From positions 31,496,001 to 31,560,000 of the forward strand of contig NW_025963791.1 of NCBI RefSeq assembly GCF_023055435.1: DNA of 64,000 nt. The letters are read 5' to 3'. Below, in pieces: positions 24,141-37,640 of the stretch; the first letter of the stretch is position 1, and every line of letters starts with the position of its first letter. Position numbers and translations under genes: made by a program. The notes below the pieces were generated by a model. The model saw only the letters and a list, made by a program, of their open reading frames with translations. It did not search any database and was not told the origin of the DNA. This stretch comes from Haliotis rufescens. Lineage: Eukaryota.

Positions 24141-24807
24141 CGTAAAACGAGATCAAGCACAGTTAAACCGGCAACCGTTACAGTTCTATGCATGGACGTG
24201 TACGGACGTCGCTATAAGTGAAATAGTCTTGAACGCAACCTTAAGCACCATTTCACCTCGCCGTTGCATTTGAGCTGGCAAAGGAAGATAATTCTCACCT
24301 CTGAAAACTGTAGATTTCTCATCAACATATAGATCAGACTGACACGTTGTTATACCACTGAAATCTTGTTCAAAGGGAGCCGGAAAGCCAAATTCACTCA
24401 CTCAGTTTCGTGTTCAGATAACATTGGTTTGCTTAGCGTTTGGTATCGGTGTCGGTGATGAGATCCATATCCTTCCGATGTACTTAAAAACTAATCAATG
24501 CAAATTACAACGACTGAACTTGTCTCATAAAAGTGTAGAAGTTTACAACCTAACCGGGCGGTAGCCATCAGTTAAATTTAGTATTTAATAGTATTCCTTC
24601 ATAGTTTAACATGTTTTATATTTGCATTTATATATATATACACCTTTGTATCTGCATCATGTATCTGGCTTCTTTATTACCTGGCTGCAAATAATATATC
24701 TACATGTGCGCAGTATGATATACTGTACCTGTCTGCACGTGCAAATGGATTAAAACAAACAAGTTCAGTTATATTATTGTTGTTTGTATATATACTCAAT
24801 GCAAACA

Positions 24808-26557
24808 GAAGCCAGATACATGATTAAGATATAAAGAAGCCAGATACATGATGTAGATATAAAGAAGCGAGGTACATGATGTAGATACAAAGAAGCCAGA
24901 TACATGATATAGATATAAAGAAGCCAGGTACACGATGTAGATATACAGAAGCCAGATACATATTGTAGATATAAAGAAGCCAGATACATGATATGTAGAT
25001 ATAAAGAAGCCAGGTACATGATGTAGATATAAAGAAGCCAGATACATGATGTAGATATAAAGAAGCCAGATACATGATGTAGATATAAAGAAGCCAGGTA
25101 CATGATGTAGATATAAAGAAGCCAGATACATGATGTAGATATAAAGAAGCCAGATACATGATGTAGATATAAAGAAGCGAGGTACATGATGTAGATATAA
25201 AGAAACCAGGTACACGATGTAGATATAAAGAAGGCAGGTACATGATGTAGATATAAAGAAGGCAGGTACATGATGTAGATATAAAGAAGCCAGATACATG
25301 ATGTAGATATAAAGAAGGCAGGTACATGATGTAGATATAAAGAAGGCAGGTACATGATGTAGATATAAAGAAGCCAGATACATGATGTAGATATAAAGAA
25401 GCCAGATACATGATGTAGATATAAAGAAGGCAGGTACATGATGTAGATATAAAGAAGCCAGATACATGATGTAGATATAAAGAAGCCAGATACATGATGT
25501 AGATATAAAGAAGCCAGATACACGATGTAGATATAAAGAAGCCAGGTACATGATGTAGATATAAAGAAGCCAGATACATGATGTAGATATAAAGAAGCCA
25601 GATACATGATGTAGATATAAAGAAGGCAGGTACATGATGTAGATATAAAGAAGCCAGATACATGATGTAGATATAAAGAAGCCAGATACATGATGTAGAT
25701 ATAAAGAAGCCAGATACATGATGTAGATATAAAGAAACCAGGTACATGATGTAGATATAAAGAAGCCAGATACATGATGTAGAGATAAGAAAGCCGGGTA
25801 CACGATGTAGATACAAAGAAGCGAGATACATGATGTAGATATAAAGAAGCCGAGTGCACGATGTAGATATAAAGAAGGCAGGTACACTATGTAGATATAA
25901 AGAAGCCAGGTAAATGATGTAGATATAAAGAAGCCAGATACATGATGTAGATATAAAGAAGCCAGGTACATGATGTAGATATACAGAAGCCAGATACATG
26001 ATGTAGATATAAAGAAGCCAGATACATGATGTAGATATAAAGAAGGCAGGTACATGATGTAGATATAAAGAAGCCAGATACATGATGTAGATATAAAGAA
26101 GCCAGATACATGATGTAGATATAAAGAAGCCAGATACATGATGTAGATATAAAGAAGCCAGATACATGATATAGAAATAAAGAAGCCAGATACATGATGT
26201 AGATATAAAGAAGCCAGATACACGATGTAGATATAAAGAAGCCAGATACACGATGTAGATATAAAGAAGCCAGATACACGATGAAGATATAAAGAAGCCA
26301 TATACATGATGTAGATATAAAGAAGGCAGGTAAATATTGTAGATATAAAGAAGCCAGATACACGATGTAGATATAAAGAAACCAGATACATGATGTAGAT
26401 ATAAAGAAGCCAGATACATGATGTAGATATAAGGAAGCCAGATACATGATGTAGATATAAGGAAGCCAGATACATGATCTACCTATAAAGAAACCAGATA
26501 CATGATGTAGATATAAAGAAGCCAGATACATGATGTAGATATAAAGAAGCCAGATAC
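24808..26557. repeat. 28-bp minisatellite (atgatgtagatataaagaagccagatac), about 62 units
   Basis: Direct reading. Confidence 0.98.
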
Positions 26558-26652
26558 CCCCATGTATCGAAAATGTGCTTAAATTTGTAAATGGATCGAA
26601 ATGCTTCTACAACTTACTAATTTCAGAAGTCACTACAAAAAATGTACACTGT

Positions 26653-26985
26653 ACATGATGTAAATATAAAGAAACCAGATGCATGATGTATATATACAGA
26701 AGCCAGGTACATGATGTAGATATAAAGAAGCCAGATACATGATGTAGATATAAAGAAGCCAGATACATGATGTAGATATACAGAAGCCAGGTACATGATG
26801 TAGATATAAAGAAGCCAGATACATGATGTAGATATAAAGAAGGCAGGTACATGATGTAGATATAAAGAAGCCAGATACATGATGTACATCTAAAGAAGCC
26901 AGATACATGATGAAGATATAAAGAAGCCAGATACATGATGTAGATATAAAGAAGCCAGATACATGATGTAGATATAAAGAAGCCA
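26653..26985. repeat. Second block of the 28-bp minisatellite, about 12 units
   Basis: Same unit after a roughly 95-bp spacer. Confidence 0.95.
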
Positions 26986-27098
26986 TTAGATTTTAGGAAA
27001 CGATGTGTATATATCATAATAACACTGAAACCAGGAGAGTGGCATATACCCATTAACTAAAACTGATGGTTTCCAAATAAATGTGTCACAAAGAAGAG

Positions 27099-27249
27099 TG
27101 AGTGAGTGAGGTTTTACGCCGCTTTTAGTAATATTCCAGCAATATCACGAGGACAACAGAAAATGGGCGTCACACATTGTTGGGGTATCGAAACCGGGCC
27201 TTCGGCGTGACCAGCTAACGCTTTAACCACTCGGCTACCCCACCGCCCC
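27099..27249 (-). mobile_element. Short tRNA-SINE, same family as 12955-13116
   Basis: Reverse-complement match; degenerate TSD gtcacaaagaagag / gtcataaggaagag. Confidence 0.9.
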
Positions 27250-27295
27250 GTCATAAGGAAGAGAATTTATGGATGTCAACGTTTTTATTATGAGA

Positions 27296-27362
27296 AACAA
27301 AACGTTTCGGAGTATTATGCTTACTCCTTCATCAGGTGAATGGTGAGAAACACAACATTTAA
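27296..27362 (-). ncRNA. Hammerhead-ribozyme-like motif (Penelope-type minimal)
   Basis: Minus strand cacCTGATGA-a-GGAGTA-agcataa-TACTCC-GAAACgtt. Confidence 0.55.
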
Positions 27363-28217
27363 AACATGCATAACAGTCGTAGAGGTGTAACAGAACTTCA
27401 AACAGAATACATACCAAAAACATGACTTCAAACACATAGACACATATGTACATTGTCTTCAGAATAGTGAGAAAATGGGAACACCTCCCCCACCCAGCCA
27501 CCAATAGTATAAAGATCGGTGACTTATAAATCATATTAAATATAATCATATTAACAACTTGACACTTTACATAGGAATGTTTCCAAGTCATGCATGAACA
27601 CATCGAATGGGCAGTATATTTCATCTATCATTGTCAGTATTTAAAACGTTCTAGACATTTTACACAAGATACACAAGAAAATGCATTATTTAAAAGAAGC
27701 ATTGATCTGACTTTGATGACATGTCCGACATGTTTCAAGTTGTTGGCAATGCGTGCCCGTCGCCCTTTGGACTTTGGGATTTGTAACTCAGTGGTGTGAT
27801 TGACAGTAACTGTTGGCGACAGGTTTAGCTCACTGTTCACTGTTGTGGTGTGGGTCAGAGCATGATCACGTGCCATACGCGAATGACGCGACACACTATG
27901 TGTGTTGATTTTAAAGTTATATCTAGTGCGTTTATTCAGCCAATTAAAAGTAACGCTGTAGTCGGGTCATCTCTTTCTTTCTCTGGCTTCCGTGCCACAT
28001 AAGGCAACAGATAGGTATGTAGTAGAGCCGAGATATAGCTTCTGTTCCTCGGGAACTGGACAAAGAGGGAACTGGACAACATGTTGTGTCAGTGTCTCCT
28101 AACCAAGCTATAAACTTGGGCTATGTATTAACTTTTAAACCAAACAAGCATAAAGATGGCATTGTGATGCCATTCACAAAAAGTTTTCACAAAACCTTAA
28201 GGAATTTCACCTTATGT

Positions 28218-28730
28218 ACACTGACGAGCAAAGAAAATGACACCAAAACATAATTTATTAGAATCTGGATTCGAAAGCGAAACAACGTCCGCAAATAGTG
28301 TCAAGCCAATCTTAGAAATGCAACAGACACGGGTGCAATTAGAAATTTGCTTTGGTTGACTGAAGTCCATTTAAAATCACGTTATTCTGTAAAAGTTGAA
28401 ATGTTTGTGCAGCATGATCACAGGATGTATATGGGTATATTCATCAATACATAAGGAGGTCGGAAATCAACAGTAGCATGCCATTTGTATCGGCCATTCA
28501 AAGAAAGGGCCATTGGTACGTTGCATTTGGGAGCCTTTCAGAACCCCACTAGATACGTTCACCAGCTCGTCGTCACGGCACCGACAGACAGGACAGACAG
28601 CAGGCAGATCATGCGTCACCAAACCTAAGGAAAATGGCGTATTTATTTGTGTATACACCGTTTGAGGAAGCAATTCTTGACAGTGACGTCAACACCATCC
28701 ACTGCCCTAGGACATGTTGTCACCGTGGTT
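28218..28730 (+). mobile_element. Tc1-like transposon 5' fragment
   Basis: TA followed by cactgacgagcaaaagaaa end; ERAIG-L and decayed paired-like HTH remnants; related copy at 33003. Confidence 0.55.
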
Positions 28731-29217
28731 TTCGGGCCTATAGACCGTTCCAGTGATAACGTCGACACATCAAAATATCGAAGTCAAAGACTCAGGTGAG
28801 CGCGCACTGTGCATGGACACAGTTAAAGTGATGTGGAGCATCAAACTTCAAACTCAAGCCGCAAGTAGTCATCAGTATTATTTATGATGTTACAAAATGA
28901 GCACAAACAATTAAACAGTCCCTTTATCTACTGTACTCTTCTATGTATTGGTTAAAAATTGTCCATGAGACAGTAACAAACACATTACTGGTTTGAAGTA
29001 TAGGGAAAGTGCACTACAGTTTGAAATTTGTGCAAATCCAGATAAAAATACTTTACAGAAAATTTTGGGAGCTATACTTTTGATACAAAGCCTCCTCACG
29101 TTTACACGTAAGCCAACTTCTTAAGACGTGAATATGTAAATTAATCTTACATTTCTTTGATTAATACTGAAATGTTTGTAAGTTGTGTACTGAACACAAA
29201 CCATTCCTCAGTTAAGA

Positions 29218-29597
29218 GTTCACGTCATCATCAGCTGTCCTCACATCTATCGTGTCAACCAGCACTAGAGACGGCAGACATGGTCCCTGATCCTGGTATG
29301 TGACGTGTGTAATGTGCGTAAATCATCCCCAGCTGTAGGTCATCTAGAATGTGCTGGACGTTGTCAGTGTCAGGTGTGAACATGATGGCATCTATTCTCC
29401 GTGTGTCTGCTGTCCCTGACATCCCCCAACTCTAGGGCCCCCGACTCCCAGGCCTGATACGCATCATACAGGTCCATCTCACAGCCCGATACCAAGGTCT
29501 GGTATATCAGCATCTCAATCTCTTCAAGCTTTACACCAGAACGGAGTTGTCCGGCATACATCTGTGTAATGGTTGTCAGTTCATCCAAGAGTTGTGT
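29218..29597 (-). pseudogene. TRIM-NHL fragment, coiled-coil end to pre-NHL linker
   Basis: QLLDELTTITQMYAGQLRSGVKLEEIEM..MDLYDAYQAWESGA, with deletions and frameshifts; truncated on both sides. Confidence 0.9.
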
Positions 29598-29599
29598 AT

Positions 29600-29900
29600 G
29601 ATGGGATCTACCCATCTTAAACAGCCGAAAGAGAAGTCTTCTTCATTCTGGCAAATTACTCTACAACGGCTACCATAAACACGATAGGACCACTGGTCTA
29701 AGTTGTCACACGATACAGCATGTTGATTTTTTCTGACATTTTTCTCACATGCAACACATCGAAAGGCCAGTGTGAATAATTGTGAGTTTACAATTGTTTT
29801 TGTCTTTTTCAACACGCGAGAAACACTTGACTTGGCAATACCATGTATATATCCTAATTCGCTTAGAAATCCCCCCTTTAAATAGTATTCAAGTGCCATT
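29600..29900 (-). mobile_element. Possible Harbinger-transposase HTH and PHD-like fragments
   Basis: ALEYYLKGGF..LG..HGIAKSSVSRV; CVACEKNV..AVSCD..QW. Confidence 0.35.
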
Positions 29901-30299
29901 CACACCTGAATATGGACAGGTAAGGCACACGAACGTTGGGTCGGCCGAAGAGATGTCCGAGCTGACCCGATCAACCAGCTGTAGGGCTGTATGCCGAAGA
30001 AAGCGATACCGGCAATCAGTTCTGTGTAGGTCAAAGTATCCAACACTTGAGTCCTATCCCTGAATATTCGCTCTCGCCTTATGTTTCTCCTGTGACTAAA
30101 CCCTTTCCAAATTCATTAGAAATCTCTGCCAGTCGGTTGTATGATTCCGACCATATCATGAGCATGTGTTTATTAAAATCACTATCAAATGGTAATGATA
30201 CCAGGTGAGACTAGGAAATTAGTTTCGGGAAATGTTCTGCATCGATCTTGAGATCTGAAAGATGGAATCAAAGCCACAGGCAGAGTTCCATTCCTTCTC

Positions 30300-30467
30300 T
30301 TCGGGCGTTGGGGTAGCCTAGTGGTAGAAGCGTTTGCTCGTCATGCCTACGACCCGGGTTCCATTCCCGACATGGGTACAATGTGTGAAGCCCATTTCTG
30401 GTGTCCCCCGACGTGATATTGCTGGAATAGTGCTAAAAGCGGCGTAAAACCATATCTACTCACTCAC
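30300..30467 (+). mobile_element. Short tRNA-SINE, same family as 12955-13116
   Basis: TSD tccattccttctc at 30287-30299 and 30468-30480. Confidence 0.93.
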
Positions 30468-31310
30468 TCCATTCCTTCTCATTATATCCTTCAAAACACC
30501 ACAGCAACGATGTATTTTTTGAAAAAGGGACATTCAGTCCACTACATCATTTTAAATTCCTATTCAGAAAAAAGTGTTCGAGATGAGAATTTTTCTGCAA
30601 AGTATGAGCAAGATTACAATAATGTTTATAATAACCGAATACCTTTAAAATATACATAAAGGTGTAATGCTGCGTTCTTCTTCTTAGTAGATTTCTAATG
30701 TCTAGGTTTTCAGTTCAGGGGACGTACTTAGAATGCCTCCGTAGAACAAATAAGTGGGATATTATCGAGAATGTTCAATTCACATTGCAAAGGTATGTTG
30801 ACAATAACAACTCAGCTGCCCTTTTGCTGAATCATCGGCCCTAGACTTTTCCGAGCATACGTGTTGCCAGCGTGTCATGCATGTCCTCAGCAATGTGGTA
30901 TATTTTCTCGATACGGTTACGTTTCGCTGCATTTGTGTCCCGGAAGTTCATACTCCAGACAAACAGTTATAGCATTACGTTAGGATCATGTAGTCCGAGT
31001 CAGCCCACGTACTCTACAACAACTATTACTTCTGATGTGTTTTACTTAGTGACCATGTGAACTATTACAAAGTTGTAAGGGACCCATTTGAATAGACTAT
31101 GTCTGCACTTGACTGAATAAGCGATACATATTGGTTTTCAGGAAGACTTTAATTGGTACTGAGTGTTTTATACATTGATAGGGTCTATTTTTTTATCAAC
31201 AACATTTTCAGAGTAACCCTATATGCATAACTTGCAGTCAATGACTACACCTTGAATTCCATCAACAAATACTCTTTCACTTTAGCTTTTGTACATAGGA
31301 AGAAGGATCC

Positions 31311-32141
31311 TTATTTATCACAGAATATATCATTTAGGTCGGCCAGGTCATCATCATATTCTGACGTGAGAACATCTCTGACAAATTCCCCCGACACTGT
31401 CAGCTGTATCACCTTGTTCCTGTCTACAAGCAGGATGTCGACAGTTCTGGTGGTTGTGATACCAGAAGAGCAGCAGAGTGTTCTGTCTCCGGTAGGGGCG
31501 TATCTCCACAAAACATCCCCCTCTGACGTCAGACATGTCACAGACTCAGCTTCCCAGTCAGACACGAGTATGTTGCCCTTGTTGTTGACACACATGTTCC
31601 AGGGGTAGGCAAACAGTGTCTCATCGTTGTGTTCAGTGACTGACCTCAGCACGTGTCCCGCCATATCCAGGATATCAACAATGCCGTAACCATCATAATC
31701 TAGACCACCTGCTGCTAGAGATGATGGACTCAGTACAGCAAGACTGTAGTACCCCTTGCTTGTTGTGATGGTTGAGAGCAGCACCAGGTCAGGGGTCACT
31801 TCTACTGTCACAATCTGTCTGGAGTCAGGGACAGCAACCATCACCTGGTTCTCCTTCAACTGTGTTACACCATAGGGAGAGTTATCCAGGGGAAGTCTAC
31901 TGTGACCTGACTGGCTGTCTCTTGTATAAAAAGATTTCATACACATGTTCCTACAGTCATTGACCAGAACTGTATGTATACCGTCTACAAACAGGACTGT
32001 GATGTTCTGTCGATCAGGCCCCAACTTATCATCATCTGCCATCCTCCCATCTATCGTGTCAATCAGCACTGGAGACGACAGACATGTGCCCTGATCCTGG
32101 TATGTGACGTCAATCTTCCCCAGCTGTAGGTCAGCAGCCAC
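31311..32141 (-). pseudogene. TRIM-NHL copy C: 5'-truncated NHL domain with a premature stop
   Basis: Homology to copy D starts only at DLQLGKIDV (about 32133); FCDK* where paralogs read FCDKYGFFFLC (TAC>TAA). Confidence 0.85.
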
Positions 32142-33002
32142 ACGAATGAATTAACATCATTTGCTGCCAAATCAAAGTTCTGAAAGACGTTCCTATTTGT
32201 TCGAACATGGGTAAAATGGTGTTCGTAAAGGACAATAAAACTGATGACGGTTCCTGAAATTTGTAATATTGTGGGACATTGAGGGAAACTGATATCAGCA
32301 AAAGTTGCTGGACAATTTTGTTTCTTTCAACTACATAAGTTATAGTCTTGTTCCAAATCAATGGTATCATTTGGCCTTCATTATTTCTTGTGCCATGGCT
32401 GTGTCGACGTCTTCGGGATGCCGGAAACATACTCAATAAATTGAAGTTGGCAGTTTGTTGGTAAGAACGACTGCCAACGTCTTTTAATTTCTCATATATA
32501 TCCATATGGCATTGATATAGACAGCAGTCCAGTCTACTCATGTTCTCTGACATCCTACAAGGTTGACTGCGTTTAGACTATTATATGGGTGGTATATGTT
32601 GTCTAATATCCCTACATTCATACAAAGGATGAAATTATTTTCAGAATTGAAATGTTGGTGGACACAATTGGAAACACTTCTGTTGATACCCGATCTATGT
32701 TGGATACCTCGTGTCGATAATTTTTCTATATCGGTTTACTTAAAAACTGGTCTTCGTACATTAAGGTCAATGCCTGAATTCACGAACGTTACAGTAAGGT
32801 TGCAATACGGCCATTACTGTCCTACCATATGGGTCTTTAGTGAAGCAGATTTCCATTGGTCAGTTTGTTGTGTCACTGTCTCATGACCATGCTGTCATTT
32901 TGAGAAGCTGTATACATGCATTGAACTTATATCATTATTGGTTGGTAGTGTCGTTCAATATATACAATAATGTTCACAGGCACTAACAACTGTCACCTTA
33001 TA

Positions 33003-33330
33003 GACACTGATGAGAAAAAGAAACCCTTATCAAAATAGAATTTATTAGCAGCTGGATTCAAACAAGAAATAATGTTCCAAATGATGTCAAACCAATCGTA
33101 GAAATGCAACATACACAGGTGCAACTGAAAATCTTGCTTGCGTTCACTGAATTCGGTGTAAAATTACTTTTACCATGTAGTGCTCGTGCAACATGATCAC
33201 AATAAGCATATGGGTATAAAAACAAGCCACATTATTCGTTAATGCGCAAGGTGTTCAGGAATCACCAGTAACATACAATGATTATCGACAGGATAGAGAG
33301 AAATGGTAAATAACGTAAAGTCTGTGCTGA
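33003..33330 (+). mobile_element. Tc1-like 5' fragment related to 28218-28730
   Basis: Shared cactga.gag.aaaagaaa end and tgtcaa.ccaatc.tagaaatgcaac. Confidence 0.5.
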
Positions 33331-35633
33331 CATATCGGCAATTGAACACACGTCTAGGACCACATTGCTGGTCAGGTTAGAACACGACCTAACCCAAGTC
33401 AAAAATAACATAAAAAATGAACAATTCTCACTACCAATGAGAATGGACTGTCAGTACAATTTAACTGGAATATGTCAATATGTCATGGCCAACAAACACA
33501 CTCACGCACATTTGAACAAAGTCCAATTTTGTGCCTTAAAAAAGGTAAGCTCTTAACAATTAGGCTTTCATGAATATTTTAATGCAACACAATGTGTTTA
33601 CAGTTAATACTGAACAAATAATAAGTTAAAATCCAGAAGTGAACTCTACTAACATCTCCACAGGAAACGCGAATGCCATTATACATTTTTGTTAATATAT
33701 GAAGACTTATTCATATTCAAGAGATATTACATTGGCTCGACGCAAAAACGAACATACTGTTATGTTGCGTGAACCGACGCTCATGAACGCATGAAATGTG
33801 ACGTCATAGATCCATGACTCGAGATGTACCATTTGTCTCGTTTAGGGTTAGCGGTAATCACATGCAGCATATAGTGATTAGAATAAAGACACGCGGTAGA
33901 AACACTCGACTGATTGTTAGTTTTGTCATTGAGTGGTACACATTGGAAATATCTCTTCTATACGTACATACTTCTCTATATGTTCGCGTTTCTTTTGGCG
34001 GTGAGTATATACAAGACAACAAAATAGAGGAACAACATTAACACTTGCATTATGTGTTTCACAATAAATATTAAATATAAATTGTCAATGCAAGAGAATA
34101 ACCAGTCTAGATTATCCGCCGAAACAGATTCATTTGGCGTACAGGACAAAACAGCTGTAGCGAGTTGTGCTACGGAAATTAACATTTACTTCATTTCCTC
34201 TTGAGTCCGACTTGCTATCAGGAAGCGACTCCTCCCTTGTTTGACCTACGTTGGTTGAACCGACGCAACGGAGATACATCAGGAAAGGCATGTCAAATAA
34301 TATTGAAAAATACCCAATAAAATTGCCTTGGCTAGACGCCAGGTCAAAAGGAACTTACGAATACTGAAGTGAAATTATAATGATGTTTCACCAAGGCACT
34401 GCTGGACTGAAATTATCCGACTGTTCCATGTGTCTTCATTTGAAAATGATACATACCCTTCATGACATGAATCTACACGAACCGTGCCCAGTATTTCGCT
34501 GTGATGCAGGTCCGTTGAAATATATATTTCCCAATTTGTAGAATTTAGATATTAACTTTTTACAATGATGAAAAAGCACTTCCTGGTTCCACATAACATA
34601 TGTTTCTGTTAGTCTCGGAGCAAGTAACACATATCAGGAAGCGGTTGTGCATTTCAGGAAAGTTAACGACATAAGTTTACGTACAATAGCTTCAGGAATT
34701 TTCTTCCGTCTCTCCCTCATTAGTGTAAAAGAATATCTTACGGAAATGGCAGAAATCAATGCGTCCTTATAAAAGTACTTGTCATTTTTCATAAACAGAG
34801 CAAGAGATAGAAACACAATTTGAACAAATTCACACTTTATGTATTCCCCATTCAACCAACTGTAAGTTTGAAAGTCAAAAAGTATATTCGTCACTACTTT
34901 AAATATGCTTCCAATCTGGATTGTTAGTATCTCAGGTCGCTATACAAGATTTGCGATCTTGTCCAAGAGATTGCTCTTGGTGATACATACATCTATATTG
35001 ATATTAATATCATTCATTTTAATGTTCATCTATATCGGGAGCGGTTTGTCAGTGGGAAACAATAAAAGCTAAAAAATAGATATTCTACCTTTGGTTCACA
35101 CTACAACATGATTGTCTGTTCTATAGCATAAGTGAAAAATAGGTTCACAAAATGAAACCTTGATCTTAAAAGTTTGAACTGTAAATATTGTTTCAGGAAA
35201 TATTATAGTATAATACCAGAAATATTTTTCAAAAGGGCCAGTGCGAAGGACAACGGTTTCTGTGTCAACGATGAGAACTATAGGCCGACTTAGTCTGGTG
35301 CTTGGTAGATTTCTAGTTAAGGTGTCCCAGGTGACCCCAAGTATCTCTACAACTATTACTATTGATGGGTTTCACGGTGTGATCACGTGGATTACTATGT
35401 CGCTGCTGGAAGTGACACACTTGAATGTCGTATGTCTGTCATTGCATGAATAAGCAATACCCATAGGTTTTAGTGACTTTATTTGATACACAGTATTCTA
35501 AAAAACTGATTAGATCTACTTTCTCCACAACCACTTCCAGAGTTACCCCATGTATATCATGTCACGTGCAATCATTTAAAACACAGATCTGGACAGAACC
35601 CTGATTTTCAATAAAGCTTGTTTGTTTTTTCTT

Positions 35634-37285
35634 TCACACTAACATATACGCTTCCACTTCTGTGTTTGTACACAGAAAGAAGAATCCGTATTTATCACAG
35701 AATATATCCCACATGTCGTTATCATCATATTCTGACGTGAGAACATCTCTTACAAATTCCCCCGACTCTGTCAGCTGTATCACCTTGTTGCGGTCTACAA
35801 GCAGGATGTCGCCAGTTTTGGTGGTTTTGATACCAGAAGACCTGCGGAGTGCTCTGTCACCGATAGGGGCGTATCTCCACACAACACCCCCCTCTGACGT
35901 CAGACATGTCACAGACTTCTTTCCAAAGTCAGACACGAGTATGTTGCCCTTGTTGTTGATAAACATGTATAAGGGGCAGGCAAACAGTGTCTCGTTGTTG
36001 TGTGTAGTGACTGACCTCAGCACGTGTCCCGCCATGTCCAGGATATCAACAATGCCGTAACTATCACAATCTTGACCACCTGCTGCTAGAGATGATGGAC
36101 TCAGTACAGCAAGACTGTAATATTCCTTGCTTGTTGTGATGGTAGAGAGCAGCACCAGGCCAGGGGTCACTTCTACTGTTATAATATGACTGGAGTAAGG
36201 GACAGCAACCATCACCTGGTTCTCCTTCAACTGTGTTACACCATGGGGATGGTCATCCAGGGGAAGTCTACTTTGACATAGTTGATTGTTTCTTGTGTAC
36301 AAAGATTTCACACACTTGTTAACCCAGTCAGTGACTACAACTGTCTGTATACCATCTACAACCAGGACTGTGACGCCACGTAGATCAGGCTCCACTTTAT
36401 CACCCGCCATCTTCCCATTCATCACGCCAACTAGCACTGGAGACGGCAGACATGTGCCCTCATCCTGGTATGTGACGTCAATCTTCCCCAGCTGTAGGTC
36501 ATCTAGGATGTGCTGGACGTTGTCAGTGTCAGGTGTAAACCTGACGTCATCTATTCTCCGTGTGTCTGCTGTGTCTGTGTCCCTGACATCCCCCAACCCT
36601 ACAGCCCCCGACTCCCAGGCCTGATACGCGTCATACAGGTCCATCTCACAGTCCGACACCAAGGCCTGGTCAATGAACTCACAATGTTGTCTGTGCATCT
36701 GAATCTCAATCTCGTCAAGCTTCACACCAGTGCGGAGTTGGCCGGCGTACGTCTGTGTTATGTGATTCAGTTCATCCATGAGTTGTGTTTCTTTCTGTTT
36801 AATCTTGTTTATAGCTGTTTGACAGATTGATTTAATATTGTTTACAGTTGTCTCTGTGATTCTTGAACTATTTTGCAGTTTCTCGTTTTTCATCTCTACC
36901 TTCTTCGACCTCACCTTCAGTCTCTTCCCCATGCCAAATCTCTTCTCCAGCAGTACTGTCTTCATCTCTGGCTTCATAGACTCAATGGTGACGACAGTTT
37001 TACAAGCTCTGTGGTAGATGATACAACATGTCTGACAAGCAGCCTTCTGACAGTCTTTACAGTGGAACTCGACATTGTTACCCTTGTGCTCTGTACACTT
37101 GACCCTCCGTCTGCCCTTTGACCTAGATGACAGGTCACACAGGACATGGTTCTGTAAAATAGGGCTCACCCGGTGTGTCTTCACACATCTGTCACAGAGG
37201 GCCACTTCACACTCAGGACACCACAGGGCACCTGGAGTTGTCTCCCCTATTTGCTGACAGATCGTGCAGTATGTGTTTGACGTCT
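35634..37285 (-). CDS. TRIM-NHL copy D large exon (B-box1, B-box2, coiled coil, NHL propeller), intact
   Basis: Uninterrupted frame; acceptor cttcacag; with the RING exon gives 1953 nt, 650 aa. Confidence 0.93.
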
Positions 37286-37640
37286 CTGTGAAGAGAAGTA
37301 CAAACGTATTGTTTCTAAAAAAAAACAATATGGGAATGCTAAGCATGTAAACAGTCTTTATTTTAAGTTCAATAACCTATCCAACTTGATGAACTATTTC
37401 AAGTTTCAATTTCTCATGAATAAATACTATATCATAAACACAGGTGATTAAATCAACTTAAATATTACAACTGGTTGTACTTTCTCTTGTTCACTTGGCT
37501 AACCTTCCACCAAATAATTCATCAAACTGGATTGACATTACTTCTGATTAATACGTTTTAAGATCTTTTTGTCATAAATTTATCTTTCGATGAACATGAT
37601 TAACTGATCCATATGAATGTTACTTCTGGTTGAACTTAAC

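Noticed and set aside
24774-27053. Long overlapping minus-strand ORFs (up to 559 aa, YLASLYLHH repeats)
   Set aside because: By-product of a 28-bp unit that is stop-free on one strand in all three frames; no gene features
33005-33024. CTGATGAG...GAAAC hammerhead-like string (similar at 28221)
   Set aside because: No helix II can form; it is the end of a Tc1-like element
35662-37257. Plus-strand ORFs conserved across paralogs
   Set aside because: Antisense shadows of the TRIM coding exons
37286-37346. N-terminal extensions of the large-exon ORFs (also 45660-45669 and 53066-53087) and stops just after the RING ORFs
   Set aside because: These are intronic polypyrimidine or acceptor sequence and read-through past phase-1 donors
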